Assembly (NCBI GenBank): GCA_026708115.1
Contig: JAPOVL010000050.1
Span: forward strand, 156,876 to 220,875
Direction of reading: 5' to 3'
Length of the DNA: 64,000 bases
Source of the DNA: Chloroflexota bacterium
GTDB taxonomy: Bacteria; Chloroflexota; Anaerolineae; Aggregatilineales; Phototrophicaceae
Below the pieces are notes generated by a model. That model made no database searches. It was not told the origin of the DNA and saw nothing but the letters and a program-made list of their open reading frames with translations. Made by a program: the position numbers and the translations under genes. This document shows, one piece after another, positions 26,924-34,222 of the stretch. The first letter of the stretch is position 1, and each line of letters opens with the position of its first letter.

Positions 26924-28000
26924 ATGAGCCTACGCCTTCTTCTGCTGGTTCTGTGGAGCGTGGCGCCGGGCGTCATGTCACTTGCCGCCGACAATTGTAT
27001 TGAACTGACAGATTTGCCGCCATTTGTCCTTGCCGATGCGCGCCCCTACATTCAGCTTCGTGACGGGCGTCTGGCAGCGGGCGAAAGGGCGTACAAGGTC
27101 CGCGGCATCAACTATTATCCTGCGCGGACGCCCTGGCGACGATTCCTGCTGGAGTCCACGCTGCCTGATCTGCGCTGGGAAATGCAATTGATCCGCGCCG
27201 CTGGATTCAACTCGCTGCGGATTTTCTTGTGGAACGGCGCGCTCTTCCCCTGCCATGATGCCCCTGAGCGGCCTAGCCCAGCGGCATTTGAACGCCTGGA
27301 TCAAATGATGCGTCTCGCGGCTGAGCTCGATTTTCGGTTGATCGTGACCTTAAACGATATGCCCGATCTCACGATGAATCCCCTCTATACGAATCCGTCA
27401 AGCGTACAAGAGCAGACGCGAATTATCGTCAGCCGCTATGCGGAGGCGCCGGCGATTCTGGCTTGGGATCTTCGCAACGAGGGCGATATAGATTATGGCT
27501 CGCGCAATATATTCCAGCGCCGTTTTCCGCGCGTGCAGGTACTGGCTTGGCTGCGCGAAACGGCGGAATTGCTACGCTCAATTGACAAGAATCATTTGCT
27601 AACGGCTGGCTGGTTAAACGAGGCGCATTCGACCGCCCCCGCTGTCGATTTTGTCAGCTTTCATCATTGGTCCTCGGCCGAGGACTTGCAACGGCGAATC
27701 CGCGCCTTGCGACTTTCGACCGCCAAACCCATTCTGCTGGGTGAGCTTGGCTACAGCACTTTCGACGGCCTGTCTCCCGAGGCGCAGGCGCAGGCCTTGT
27801 CCTCCGGGATCTCCGCCAGCGAAAAAGCCGACCTGCTGGGCTGGATGATTTGGACCGCCTTCGACTTCCCGCGGACGGCGACCTGTTATCCCTCTCCCTG
27901 CGAAAGTCCCGATAATTCGGAGCATCACTTTGGTATCTGGGACTCGGACTACCGCCCGAAACCGGCGCTGGATGCGATTGGCGACTTTTTGGAGCAATAA
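26924..28000 (+). CDS. secreted glycoside hydrolase, GH5-like TIM barrel
   Basis: It has a signal peptide, RGINYYP, WDLRNEGD (acid/base NE) and LLGELGYS (nucleophile E). Confidence 0.65.
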   Translation: MSLRLLLLVLWSVAPGVMSLAADNCIELTDLPPFVLADARPYIQLRDGRLAAGERAYKVRGINYYPARTPWRRFLLESTLPDLRWEMQLIRAAGFNSLRIFLWNGALFPCHDAPERPSPAAFERLDQMMRLAAELDFRLIVTLNDMPDLTMNPLYTNPSSVQEQTRIIVSRYAEAPAILAWDLRNEGDIDYGSRNIFQRRFPRVQVLAWLRETAELLRSIDKNHLLTAGWLNEAHSTAPAVDFVSFHHWSSAEDLQRRIRALRLSTAKPILLGELGYSTFDGLSPEAQAQALSSGISASEKADLLGWMIWTAFDFPRTATCYPSPCESPDNSEHHFGIWDSDYRPKPALDAIGDFLEQ

Positions 28001-28018
28001 GCCAAGTGAGAGTGCGCG

Positions 28019-28522
28019 TCAGGCGCGCATCACCCCGCACACCGGCGCCTTCCAGCGCAAGCCGCGGTGCTGGGCATGGAGAGCGTCCAGCGCGATTTTA
28101 GCCTCATCCGGAAATGGCGCGCCCCGGCGCCGTATCATGTCAATATTCATCATGACCACTTCCACTGTCGCCGCCAGTTGCTCGCGCGTATCGTTGAGCA
28201 AAAAGCCCATCATATAGCTGCGTTTGGGCGAAACATCAATCAAGCGAACATGAACGCTGACCTGGTCCCCGGTCATTATTTCGGCGTAGTAGCGGATGTG
28301 CTGTTCCAAGGCGAAATTACCGAATTTGTCGGCCGCGGCATAAAGCTCGCCCATGCCAACTCGGCGGAGGAATTCACTCAGACCCTGTTCCGCCACGTGA
28401 ACGTAGAACTGCACATTCATGTGAGAATTCTCATCCATGAACGCTGCGGGTATGCGCTGTTGATGCATTCTTTCCAATTGACGAATGTCCGTAAGCGATA
28501 CCTGCGTCGTCGGCATGGGCAA
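28019..28522 (-). CDS. hotdog-fold acyl-CoA thioesterase (4HBT-like)
   Basis: 167 aa. DENSHMNVQFYV followed by ...EQHIRYYAEIMTGDQVSVHVRL fits the pattern of this family. Confidence 0.6.
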   Translation of the reverse strand: MPMPTTQVSLTDIRQLERMHQQRIPAAFMDENSHMNVQFYVHVAEQGLSEFLRRVGMGELYAAADKFGNFALEQHIRYYAEIMTGDQVSVHVRLIDVSPKRSYMMGFLLNDTREQLAATVEVVMMNIDMIRRRGAPFPDEAKIALDALHAQHRGLRWKAPVCGVMRA

Positions 28523-28665
28523 TCAGTCCCTTATTGTCGCGAGAGTCCGCGGCCATTATAGCGGCAAATGACGAACCTACGGGATCAACTTTATGGGTTG
28601 CTCCTGCCTGTATGCTATAGTTGGTCCCTGTCAGTTGAATAGCGCGACCGCAAAGAATTTGAGAA

Positions 28666-29580
28666 ATGAAACGAATTAACACCGAAAACATCAATAGGCT
28701 CAAGCCACTGGGCTCGGTCGCCTTCGGCTGGATATCGCAAGTCTTGTGGTCGCCTTCGGGAGGCATGTTGGCGGTCTGTGGCGGCGACGGCATCGCCGTC
28801 TACGCGGATGCCTTCGGTGGCCAGCCCAAGTTTCGGCTGCGAGGGCAAGGCCCTCCCGTTAAGGCAATCGCCTTTGATCCCTCCGGTGGCGGGCTGGCCT
28901 CGGTCGGCGCTGATACCGCTCTGAGACGATGGAGATTCCATGAAAACGAGTTCCTCGAGCGCAGCAGCGCCTATGGGCACGACGACTCAGTCAACGACCT
29001 GGCCTTCAGTCCCGATGGCTCTCTGATCGCCACTGGGAGCGCAGATCATACGATTCGCCTCTGGCACGCGACGACCCTGAAAACTGAAAAACTGCTCGCC
29101 GGGCATGCCGATGAAGTGACATCCCTGACCTTTGATCGGAGCGGACAGGTGCTGTTTTCAGCCAGCCGAGATGGAACCATTCGCGCCTGGGATCTCCTGG
29201 GAATCAACGAGAGCGTAATCCTGGGCAAACATGAAGATTGGGTGCGCCAGATTGCCCTGGACTCGGCTGGAACGAGTCTGGCTTCGGCTTGCAAGGACGG
29301 AACTATTCGCATCTGGAATCTGCGGGCCTCCGCTCAACCTCAAACCTTGCCAGGACATCCCGATGGCGCCGATACCGTCGCATTCTCTCGAGCTGGATCG
29401 CTTTTGGCGAGCGGTGGACGGGACAACATGTTGCGATTCTGGGATCTTGCCGCCGGCTGTCTGCGGCATTGCGCGCCCGCCCACACGCGACCTGTCTTGA
29501 GCATCGCAGTCAATCCTGCCGGCACGATGATTGTCTCCGGCGCCGGCGACAACCGGGCGTTGCTCTGGGCGATCCGCTGA
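28666..29580 (+). CDS. WD40-repeat protein (about 7 blades)
   Basis: Repeated GH...V..LAFSPDG..LATGS.D.TIRLW units are present. Confidence 0.9.
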   Translation: MKRINTENINRLKPLGSVAFGWISQVLWSPSGGMLAVCGGDGIAVYADAFGGQPKFRLRGQGPPVKAIAFDPSGGGLASVGADTALRRWRFHENEFLERSSAYGHDDSVNDLAFSPDGSLIATGSADHTIRLWHATTLKTEKLLAGHADEVTSLTFDRSGQVLFSASRDGTIRAWDLLGINESVILGKHEDWVRQIALDSAGTSLASACKDGTIRIWNLRASAQPQTLPGHPDGADTVAFSRAGSLLASGGRDNMLRFWDLAAGCLRHCAPAHTRPVLSIAVNPAGTMIVSGAGDNRALLWAIR

Positions 29581-29674
29581 CGCCTTCCTGTTGCCATCGG
29601 GATTCCTGGCAACATCAACTGGCAAACGCTAGAATGAGTTGCATCTTCCTCAAGTGAAATGAAGGTGTAAACAG

Positions 29675-30163
29675 ATGAGCCTGGGCACGACGAGCTTGGA
29701 GCAAGTGCGGGAGCGTCACGTCGGCGCAATGCGCTTGACCTGCGAGATATTGGATCACATTCTGAGCGGGCTGAGCGAAGAACAAGCGCATGAATTGCGC
29801 GACGGGCCGGATGGCTGGTCTATTGTCGAAATCGTATGTCACTTGCGTGATTTCGACCAGATCTTCCGCGCCCGCGCCAAAATGATGCTGAGCGAGCATC
29901 ACCCGAGCTTGCCCGCCTATGATCACGAAGCAATGGCTGTTGAACGGGCCTATCAGCAGGAGCAACTCTCGACCGCCTGTGAGCAACTTAAAGCGTCGCG
30001 ACAGGAGACCATCGCCTTTTTCGCCTCTCTGACGCCAGATCAATGGCAGCACGCTGGCGTCCATCCCGAACGCGACAGCTTCACAATGACCGATGCCGTG
30101 ATGCAAGTGGGCTTGCACGACCTGGATCACCTGGAACAGATTACGCGAGTCTTGGCGGGATAG
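29675..30163 (+). CDS. DinB family protein
   Basis: 162 aa with WSIVEIVCHLRDFD and HDLDHLEQI (His triad). Confidence 0.85.
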   Translation: MSLGTTSLEQVRERHVGAMRLTCEILDHILSGLSEEQAHELRDGPDGWSIVEIVCHLRDFDQIFRARAKMMLSEHHPSLPAYDHEAMAVERAYQQEQLSTACEQLKASRQETIAFFASLTPDQWQHAGVHPERDSFTMTDAVMQVGLHDLDHLEQITRVLAG

Positions 30164-30225
30164 CTGATACCTGGATAACGCCGTGATTCAAACAGTGGGA
30201 CCGGCGCGCAATTAGGAGATCTGTG

Positions 30226-30804
30226 ATGCAGGCATTGATTGAACGTATTCGCTCGGAGGGCAAAAACCTCGGTGGCGGCATCCTCAAAGTGGACAGCATC
30301 ATCAACCATCAGCTCGATCCGTCGCTGATGGAAGGCATGGGCAAGGCCTTCGCCCGGTGCTTTTCTGGCCTGGCCATTGACCGCATCTTGACCGCCGAGA
30401 TTTCCGGGATCGCCCCGGCTCTCATGACCGGTATCGAATTGGGCGTGCCCGTCGTCTACGCGCGCAAAAAAAAGCCCATCACCATGGCTGGCCCCGTCTT
30501 TCTGGAAACCGCGCCCAGCCATACCAAGGGCGGCGAAACCCTGCTGCTGGTAGCGGCGGAATTCCTGCACGCCGGCGAAAACGTCCTAATCATTGACGAT
30601 TTCCTCGCGACCGGACAGACCCTGCTGGCCTTGGCGCGCATAGTCACCAGCGCAAATGCCAATCTGGCCGGCGTGGGTGTCGTCGTTGAAAAGACCTTTG
30701 AAGGCGGGCGCGAGCGTATGTTGGAAAAATACGACGTGCCGATTCACGCCTTGGCTACCATCACCAGTATGGAAGGCGAGACAATCACGGTTCGTGAGAT
30801 CTGA
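30226..30804 (+). CDS. xpt: xanthine phosphoribosyltransferase
   Basis: MQALIERI...G......LKVDSIINHQ.DP.LM, and VLIIDDFLATGQT (PRPP motif). The ATG at 30226 is 7 nt after AGGAG. The track starts one codon earlier at a GTG. Confidence 0.9.
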   Translation: MQALIERIRSEGKNLGGGILKVDSIINHQLDPSLMEGMGKAFARCFSGLAIDRILTAEISGIAPALMTGIELGVPVVYARKKKPITMAGPVFLETAPSHTKGGETLLLVAAEFLHAGENVLIIDDFLATGQTLLALARIVTSANANLAGVGVVVEKTFEGGRERMLEKYDVPIHALATITSMEGETITVREI

Positions 30805-30824
30805 ACGCTCTGCGATTCGGCCGC

Positions 30825-31886
30825 TTAGAGCCTAACGGCCTGTCCGGTGCGTGCGGACTCTTGCGCGGCCAGCGCGAATCTCAAGACATCGCGCCCCTCT
30901 TCTCCTGTGAGCATAGGCGCTTCGCCGGCAAAATAGGCCTCGATAAAGTGGCGGGTCGAGTTGATGAAGCTGTGTTCCCAGCCCACCGGCATATCCGAGA
31001 AGGCGCGCGTCTGCCTGTCCTTGTACATGACCACCGGCGGCACATCCATCATCTTGCCGTGGCCCCGTGTCACCCAAATCACGCCTTTAGTGCCGGTCAA
31101 TTCCACGCGATCGTCTTGCGCGTATTGACGCGTATCCAAGACCAGTTCAGGAGAATAAACCGCTTCCAGTGAGCCATAGCGGTTGTTGGGGAACTTCCAC
31201 GAGACGATCGCGGGCGCGTCAAGAATCATGCCGGGGGCAACTTCCGTGCTGCCGATCCAGGCATGCACCTGCTCCGCCATGCCCATGAAATGCCAACCCA
31301 GCGCGAATTTGTGATGACCATCGTCGAATACCAGCGGCCCGCCGCCGCATTCCTCCGGGTCGTAGCGCCAAGCCAAGGCCGCATTCGGCACATCCCACTC
31401 TGTCGGGCTGACGCCGGAATTGCTCTTGATGCGGATCGTTAGCAAATCCCCGATCTCGCCGTTGTCAACCAGCGCTTTGGCGCGTTCTACGGGCGGATAG
31501 AAGATGAAATTCTCGTACACCTTGAACAGAACACCGGCTTGCCGCGTCGCCTCGATCATGGCCTCGGCTTGGGCAACGGTCAATGCCATCGGCTTTTGCA
31601 CCGAAACGTGCTTGCCTGCCGCGGCCGCGTCCAGGGTCGCTTGATAGTGCAGGTGATGCGGCAAGAGGATCTCCACCAGGTCAATGTCATCCAGCGCCAA
31701 GAGATCGCTGTAGTCGCTGAATACGCGAGAACCCGGCACGCCCCAGGCGCGTCCGCGCGTCTCTGCCAGCTCAATGCTTCGATCGCAAACCGCCACAATT
31801 TCTGCCCGCGGGTCATCCAGATAGGCCAGCGCGTGCAAATCCGAAATCCTTCCCGTTCCGATGAATCCTACGCGAAGTGTGTCCAT
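30825..31886 (-). CDS. Gfo/Idh/MocA family oxidoreductase
   Basis: LRVGFIGTGRIS..HA (Rossmann motif) and EKP-like VQKPMA. Confidence 0.9.
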   Translation of the reverse strand: MDTLRVGFIGTGRISDLHALAYLDDPRAEIVAVCDRSIELAETRGRAWGVPGSRVFSDYSDLLALDDIDLVEILLPHHLHYQATLDAAAAGKHVSVQKPMALTVAQAEAMIEATRQAGVLFKVYENFIFYPPVERAKALVDNGEIGDLLTIRIKSNSGVSPTEWDVPNAALAWRYDPEECGGGPLVFDDGHHKFALGWHFMGMAEQVHAWIGSTEVAPGMILDAPAIVSWKFPNNRYGSLEAVYSPELVLDTRQYAQDDRVELTGTKGVIWVTRGHGKMMDVPPVVMYKDRQTRAFSDMPVGWEHSFINSTRHFIEAYFAGEAPMLTGEEGRDVLRFALAAQESARTGQAVRL

Positions 31887-32014
31887 CTCAGTCCTCTTCT
31901 TGGCGTGCCAGAATCAAACTTTGGCAATTCAGTGATCGAGCCGCCGGCGCTCGCCGGCGCCTTTTGGCTTGCAGCCAACGATTGTACCATCGCACAGGCT
32001 CTCATGATAGGCGG

Positions 32015-32130
32015 TCAGTGTCGGCGGGCTGCGTCTACGCTCCCCACGCGACCTACGCGCGGCATTGGCTCGCCCGTCGCTGTCGGCAGGCTGTGTCGGC
32101 GCGCTGTGCCTACGCGCCCCACGCGACCAC
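32015..32130 (+). repeat. two tandem degenerate units of family C motifs
   Basis: TCAGTGTCGGCGGGCTGCGTCTACGCTCCCCACGCGACCTACGCGCGG followed by GCTGTCGGCAGGCTGTGTCGGCGCGCTGTGCCTACGCGCCCCACGCGACCACCGC. Confidence 0.8.
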
Positions 32131-32174
32131 CGCAGCACCAACAAAATCACGCAACGCCAAAATAAAAGTCGGCC

Positions 32175-32199
32175 GTAGGGGCGACCTATCAGGTCGCCC
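32175..32199. repeat. family B hairpin (identical to 17436-17460)
   Basis: GTAGGGGCGAC-CTATCAG-GTCGCCC, followed by GAAA in both copies. Confidence 0.9.
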
Positions 32200-32537
32200 G
32201 AAACACACCACCTACATTCACATCGAAGACTGTATGGGCGAACGACAGCGAGTGTCTACGCCGCTCGCCGGCTCGCCCCTCTGCGCCCTCAGTAGGAGCA
32301 ACTAAGTTATGCAGCTCCAAAATGATAGCCGGCGGTAGGGGCGTTTGACGGTCAGTGTCGGCGGCCAGTGTCGGCGCGCCCTACGCGCCCAGCGCGCAGC
32401 GGCGGCTCGACCAGTTTTGGCGCCAAGAGAACAGCGCGAAAAAAATCTCATTTATGGCGAAACGTCCCGATCTATTCCCAATCCCGCCAAACGCGCTCCC
32501 CCTCCGGAGGGCTGTGTCTACGCGCCCCCGAAGCCTC

Positions 32538-32597
32538 GGAATTCCGCCCCCCGCTAAGCGGGGGGACCGAGGGGGGGCAAGGGTCCGGGGGGTGGGG
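32538..32597 (+). repeat. family D module, copy 2
   Basis: GGAATTCCG-CCCCCCGC-TAA-GCGGGGGG-ACCGA-GGGGGGG-CAA-GGG-TCC-GGGGGG-T-GGGG. Family C motifs flank it at 32512-27 and 32604-23. Confidence 0.9.
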
Positions 32598-32626
32598 TTG
32601 AAAAGTGTCTACGCGACCTACGCACC

Positions 32627-32721
32627 CTCTTTTTTAATAAACCGCGATCTGCGGTAGCCGAGCACTTTGTTATTCTGTGTGAGCGCGGTAGCCCAAATTC
32701 GCCGATTACGCGCCGAGCGGC
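32627..32721 (+). repeat. repeat family F, copy 2
   Basis: CTCTTTTTTAATAAACCGCGATCTGCGGTAGCCGAGC...TTCTGTGTGAGCGCGGTAGCCCAAATTCGCCGATTACGCGCCGAGCGGCC. Confidence 0.85.
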
Positions 32722-32735
32722 CGTGGCAAATAGCC

Positions 32736-32765
32736 TTGACTTGCATAGAACATATGTGCTACAAT
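32736..32765 (+). promoter_or_regulatory. near-consensus sigma-70 promoter of the HTH gene
   Basis: TTGACT (32736-41) is followed by 18 nt and then TACAAT (32760-65), which is preceded by TGC (extended -10). AAGGAGG at 32785-91 lies 7 nt before the ATG at 32799. Confidence 0.5.
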
Positions 32766-32798
32766 ACCCCTGCAACGCAAACAAAAGGAGGACAGACC

Positions 32799-33527
32799 AT
32801 GCCAGCAACCCACACCCTCGATACCAAAATCGAAGCCCTCAACCTGCTCAACCTGCACGACGGCGACTTGAAACTGGTCAATTCCCGGCTCGGCATTCCC
32901 ATCAGAACCATGCGCGGCTGGCTACTTGACGAGCAACAACTCCGTCTCCAATACTACGACCGCCAATACCACCACTTCGCCAACATCAAATTCAAACTCC
33001 TCAACAAGTTCTTGGTATTCTCACTCGACACCATGGAGAAATTGATGACCGGCGACCTCGGCGACCACACCCTCAGCCAACTCACCTACGTCCTGTCAAC
33101 CCTGCTCAATCAAGCTGCCAGACTGGAGAAGTCCTTCGAAGACCTGCCGCCAGATCTCGAAAGCGATGCCGAACAGCCCAACCGCATCCGCTATGTCTAC
33201 GAAGATGAACCGGGTGCTGACCCGCCCCCGGCAGATGCAAATCCGCCCCAGCCCGACCCGACTCAAAGTTCTGGCCTACGGCCGGCGCCGGAGAACATAC
33301 CGGGAATGGGGCTTGATCAAGATCCTGAGGGCGGCGCGCTCGCAACAGAAGCGCTACTGCAGGACAGCCTTGAGCTGCTTGATGGAACCGATCTGCCCGA
33401 TGCCTTGCTAGAACTGCTGCGATCTGAACAGGAGGGTCAAGAACCTGAAAAACGGCCTAATAGACGCAAGCGATCGCTGGGTCAAACTCACAGAAAGCGG
33501 CGTAAACGTCGTAAGAGGCGCCGATAA
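32799..33527 (+). CDS. hypothetical HTH-containing protein with an acidic/Pro-rich middle and a polybasic tail
   Basis: 242 aa. The N-terminus (IEALNLLNLHDGDLKLVNSRLGIPIRTMRGWL) looks like a small HTH of the transposase-OrfA or terminase-small-subunit type. The C-terminus ends RKRRKRRKRRR. It has a strong SD and promoter. The track ORF (32667) starts upstream inside a repeat. Confidence 0.6.
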   Translation: MPATHTLDTKIEALNLLNLHDGDLKLVNSRLGIPIRTMRGWLLDEQQLRLQYYDRQYHHFANIKFKLLNKFLVFSLDTMEKLMTGDLGDHTLSQLTYVLSTLLNQAARLEKSFEDLPPDLESDAEQPNRIRYVYEDEPGADPPPADANPPQPDPTQSSGLRPAPENIPGMGLDQDPEGGALATEALLQDSLELLDGTDLPDALLELLRSEQEGQEPEKRPNRRKRSLGQTHRKRRKRRKRRR

Positions 33528-33763
33528 TCCCGACCAGCCGCGTGCCGCCGGGCTCGACCTTCGTCCTTCTCGCCGGAGCCGCCCGTCTGCCCGCCCATAT
33601 CTGGCGCAATCTCATCCTGGCCAAGACCCGCGCCGCCGCCCGGGCCTGCTTCGACGCGCAATGCGCTGGCCACAACCTCATCCCCTTCGCCCAACGGCCT
33701 ACGAAAACACCTAAAATGACCGCACCGCCACAAAAAATTCCCTACACCGTTTTCAAGGACCCT

Positions 33764-33788
33764 GTAGGGGCGAGCCATTGGCTCGCCC
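33764..33788. repeat. family B hairpin variant
   Basis: GTAGGGGCGAGCC-ATT-GGCTCGCCC. Confidence 0.85.
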
Positions 33789-33879
33789 GCTTCTACAATT
33801 ACAAATCGCAGCGGCGGCTCGCCCCCGGTGTTGGCAGGCAGTGTCGGCGGGCAGTGTCTACGCGCCCTACGCGCACCCC

Positions 33880-33944
33880 TTGTGGGATTTCCGCCCCCCG
33901 CTTAGCGGGGGGACCGAGGGGGGCCAGGGGCCGGGGGGTGAGGG
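33880..33944 (+). repeat. family D module, copy 3
   Basis: TTGTGGGATTTCCG-CCCCCCGC-TTA-GCGGGGGG-ACCGA-GGGGGG-CCA-GGGG-CC-GGGGGG-TGA-GGG. It is preceded by a family C motif at 33852-74. Confidence 0.9.
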
Positions 33945-33968
33945 CCAAAAAATCTCTCTCTGCACCCA

Positions 33969-33992
33969 GGGGGGTACCCCCCCCCCCCCCCC
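33969..33992 (+). repeat. homopolymer tract G6-TA-C16
   Basis: GGGGGGTACCCCCCCCCCCCCCCC, counted directly from the sequence lines. Confidence 0.9.
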
Positions 33993-34033
33993 GTATCCAT
34001 ACTGTATCTATACACTTGCCAAAAAGGACGCAT

Positions 34034-34073
34034 TTTATAGGTATTTTATGGGTACTTTATGGACATCTTATGG
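34034..34073 (+). promoter_or_regulatory. four direct repeats TTAT(A/G)GG at exact 11-bp phasing (candidate response-regulator / activator site)
   Basis: TTATAGG is at 34034, TTATGGG at 34045, TTATGGA at 34056 and TTATGGA at 34067. The last two units share TTATGGACA. The site is about 80 bp upstream of a possible -35/-10 pair (TTGCCC 34152-57, 18 nt, TACAAT 34176-81) for the sulfatase gene. Confidence 0.4.
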
Positions 34074-34222
34074 ACACAGATTCAGCATATAACACCGCTT
34101 TGCGCCCATCGAACGCGCCCGCCTTGGGCCGCCCGTCGAAAACTGTTCCGCTTGCCCAGCCACATGGACCTGCGCTACAATCCCGCCCGAAGACATCGAC
34201 CTATTGAGTGCCAGGCTGCCTG

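Noticed and set aside
29581-29640. The hairpin GTTGCCA-N10-TGGCAAC after the WD40 gene, as an intrinsic terminator.
   Set aside because: No U-tract follows and the stem is only 7 bp. The evidence is insufficient.
30164-30225. A purine riboswitch upstream of xpt, and likewise upstream of guaA at 62821-62905.
   Set aside because: Only about 60 nt (xpt) and about 85 nt (guaA) are available, and the guaA spacer is partly overlapped by the end of the upstream epimerase gene. I could not find the conserved purine-riboswitch junction sequences.
32799-33527. Interpreting the HTH protein as evidence of a prophage (small terminase) or an IS (OrfA).
   Set aside because: There is no large terminase, integrase, capsid gene or transposase OrfB nearby. 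The resemblance is limited to a short generic HTH.
31950-34000. A possible CRISPR array, given the many short recurring motifs.
   Set aside because: There is no constant repeat length, no regular repeat-spacer periodicity and no cas genes. The motifs are degenerate, occur in both orientations and are interleaved with other repeat families.
33542-34207. 221-aa + ORF, and the ORFs 17265-17600, 32368-32601 and 33778-34092, which all contain the peptide PPLSGGTEGG(K/Q)G.
   Set aside because: The shared peptide is simply the translation of the family D hairpin/G-run DNA repeat. These ORFs run through several unrelated repeat modules and a poly-C tract, so I regard them as non-coding.
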